From NCBI GenBank assembly GCA_963813025.1, contig CAWEXO010000002.1:32001-96000 (forward strand): a stretch of DNA of 64,000 bases. The letters run 5' to 3'. Positions 62,406-64,000 of the stretch are shown here, piece by piece. The stretch's first letter is position 1. Every line of letters begins with the position of its first letter. The position numbers were made by a program, and so were the translations under genes. The notes under the pieces are model-generated. The model made no database searches, was not told the origin of the DNA, and saw only the letters and a list, made by a program, of their open reading frames with translations. The stretch is from an uncultured Verrucomicrobiae bacterium. Its GTDB lineage: Bacteria; Verrucomicrobiota; Verrucomicrobiia; Chthoniobacterales; JAFAMB01.

Positions 62406-64000
62406 TCATCCCCGGTCAGTTCCACCGCCACCCAGCGGGGACGACCTGAGGAATGAAATTGGTTTTTCGTTATCTATCTTCTCTAACGCTTTCAGGACAG
62501 TTTGGGATGTAATCAGCTCGGGCAGCACAACGGGCGCATTTTGATTCCCGCCTGGGTACACCAGGTACATTGGTACGCCCACTCTCCCGTGCTCTTTCAA
62601 AATGGCGGTGATCGCAGGATCGCCGTGGGTCCAATCCGCCCGAAGGGCCAGAACATTCTTCTCGGCGAAAGCAGCGCGCACCGGAGCGGTGTCGATGGCA
62701 AATCGTTCGTTCGATTTGCAGGTAAGACACCAGTCGGCCGTGAAGTCGACAAAAACAGGCCGCCCCGCCGCCAAAGCTTTTTCCAACTTTACCTGGTTAA
62801 ACGGCTGCCACACAACCTGATCCGGCTGGGTCAGGAAAGTGTAGCATCCGACAGCTCCGGCCACTACTAACACCATCGCAAGAGCAGCCGCTCGGCGGGA
62901 GCGAGTCGACGAAACCGGCGTCCAAAATGAACCCTTAATCCAGGCAAGGACGGCAATCACCAGGAGCAGTCCGCCGGCCTTGACGACAGCGTTAACCCCT
63001 TGGAGCTGGCCAAGCACCCAGAGCAGCCAAAGGAGTGTCGCCAACAAGAGAAAGCCGAGGGCCTGCTTCAACCGAATCATCCAGGCGCCGGGCTTCGGCA
63101 GAAAGCGCATCCAGCCTGGTTGAATAGCCAGCGCTACATAGGGAAGGCTCATACCCAGGCCGATGACCAGAAAAACGACGAACGTAATGATGGCCGGCTG
63201 TCCGAACGCAAAGGCAGACGCAGTCCCCAGAAAGGGGGCGGTACACGGCGTCGCCAGAATCGTCGCAAAAACCCCTTGGAAAAAGGCGGCACCCCATCCT
63301 GTTCCGCTCGCCAGCCGGGCCAACCCCTGCGTAGAGCGAGCCGAAACGGTCAATTCGTACACGCCAAACAGGTTCAGCGCGAAGGCGAAAACAAGCGCGC
63401 TAATTGCCAAAACAAAACGCGCATCCTGGAACTGGAAGCCCCAACCGACCCGGACCCCAGCGCTCCGCAGCGCGATCACCACAATCGCCAGCAAGGCAAA
63501 ACAGCTCAGGATTCCGGCCACAAACGCCAAAGCCAGCCGGATAACCTCGCGCCTTTCACCCTTCCCTTCGCTGACGAATCCAAAAATCTTCAGCGAGATC
63601 ACCGGCAGCACGCACGGCATCACATTCAGGATCAAACCTCCGATCAGGGCAAAGAGTAAACCCTGGAGAAGTCCGTTCAGGTTCGTTGGCGGTGAGAGTG
63701 CCACGGTGGGCTGGACCGGTCCGTTGATCCTGCCCTGAGTCGCATAACCACGTCGCTCAGCACCTGTGCCAGCGACAAGCACACCGTCCAATTGTTTCAG
63801 CGGCTGCGGTTCTGCCTCAACCGGCAAAACAACCTTGACCCCAACCGTTCGGGCATGTCCCAGAATAACGCCATCGGCTGGCAAGGGATAAAAATCGAGA
63901 GGCTCGTCTTTCGGCAATCCTGTAACGGAAAGGGCTATATCCTTACCTGCCCGACTGAAGCGTACGATCAAATCGCTGGGCAAACCGGCGGACGGAACCT
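62406..64000 (-). CDS. dsbD: DsbD-family thiol:disulfide interchange protein, 5' end outside window
   Basis: LNVMPCVLPV, LATPCTAP, DFTADWCLTC. Confidence 0.9.
   Translation of the reverse strand, partial: VPSAGLPSDLIVRFSRAGKDIALSVTGLPKDEPLDFYPLPADGVILGHARTVGVKVVLPVEAEPQPLKQLDGVLVAGTGAERRGYATQGRINGPVQPTVALSPPTNLNGLLQGLLFALIGGLILNVMPCVLPVISLKIFGFVSEGKGERREVIRLALAFVAGILSCFALLAIVVIALRSAGVRVGWGFQFQDARFVLAISALVFAFALNLFGVYELTVSARSTQGLARLASGTGWGAAFFQGVFATILATPCTAPFLGTASAFAFGQPAIITFVVFLVIGLGMSLPYVALAIQPGWMRFLPKPGAWMIRLKQALGFLLLATLLWLLWVLGQLQGVNAVVKAGGLLLVIAVLAWIKGSFWTPVSSTRSRRAAALAMVLVVAGAVGCYTFLTQPDQVVWQPFNQVKLEKALAAGRPVFVDFTADWCLTCKSNERFAIDTAPVRAAFAEKNVLALRADWTHGDPAITAILKEHGRVGVPMYLVYPGGNQNAPVVLPELITSQTVLKALEKIDNEKPISFLRSSPLGGGGTDRG

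Overview
Bacterial chromosomal segment, probably from a Verrucomicrobiota (Chthoniobacterales-like) genome; this is inferred from protein style and repeat types, not proven. The left ~24 kb is an accessory redox/stress region. It holds universal stress proteins, three paralogous flavoprotein disulfide reductases (intact, catalytically degenerate, truncated), a MITE-IS1380-IS630 stack at one CTAG site, an internally deleted nitrate-reductase-like Mo-enzyme/ferredoxin/Rieske/DUF6755 operon and pckA. Its most notable part is a PocR-AraC gene followed by a co-oriented cluster: cytochrome c, outer-membrane beta-barrel, cytochrome c, Rieske, b6-type cytochrome b, cytochrome c, CcsA. This reads as a self-contained trans-envelope electron conduit. 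The middle carries a sugar ABC system with three binding proteins, rpsT, a tRNA(CAT), GT4-glgB, a decaying cargo between palindromic repeats, xseA, a nucleotidyltransferase pair and tRNA-Val. A 5.7-kb island bracketed by a duplicated divergent promoter carries IS110 (candidate bridge RNA), IS630 and two copies of a 43-aa lipoprotein gene absent from the ORF track. The right end is mostly core genes: FIST, HD hydrolase, RND pump, tpiA-pgk-gap, ftsH, redoxin, dsbD. Many conserved genes carry single-base indels that look like consensus errors. All calls are by eye; no database searches were run.
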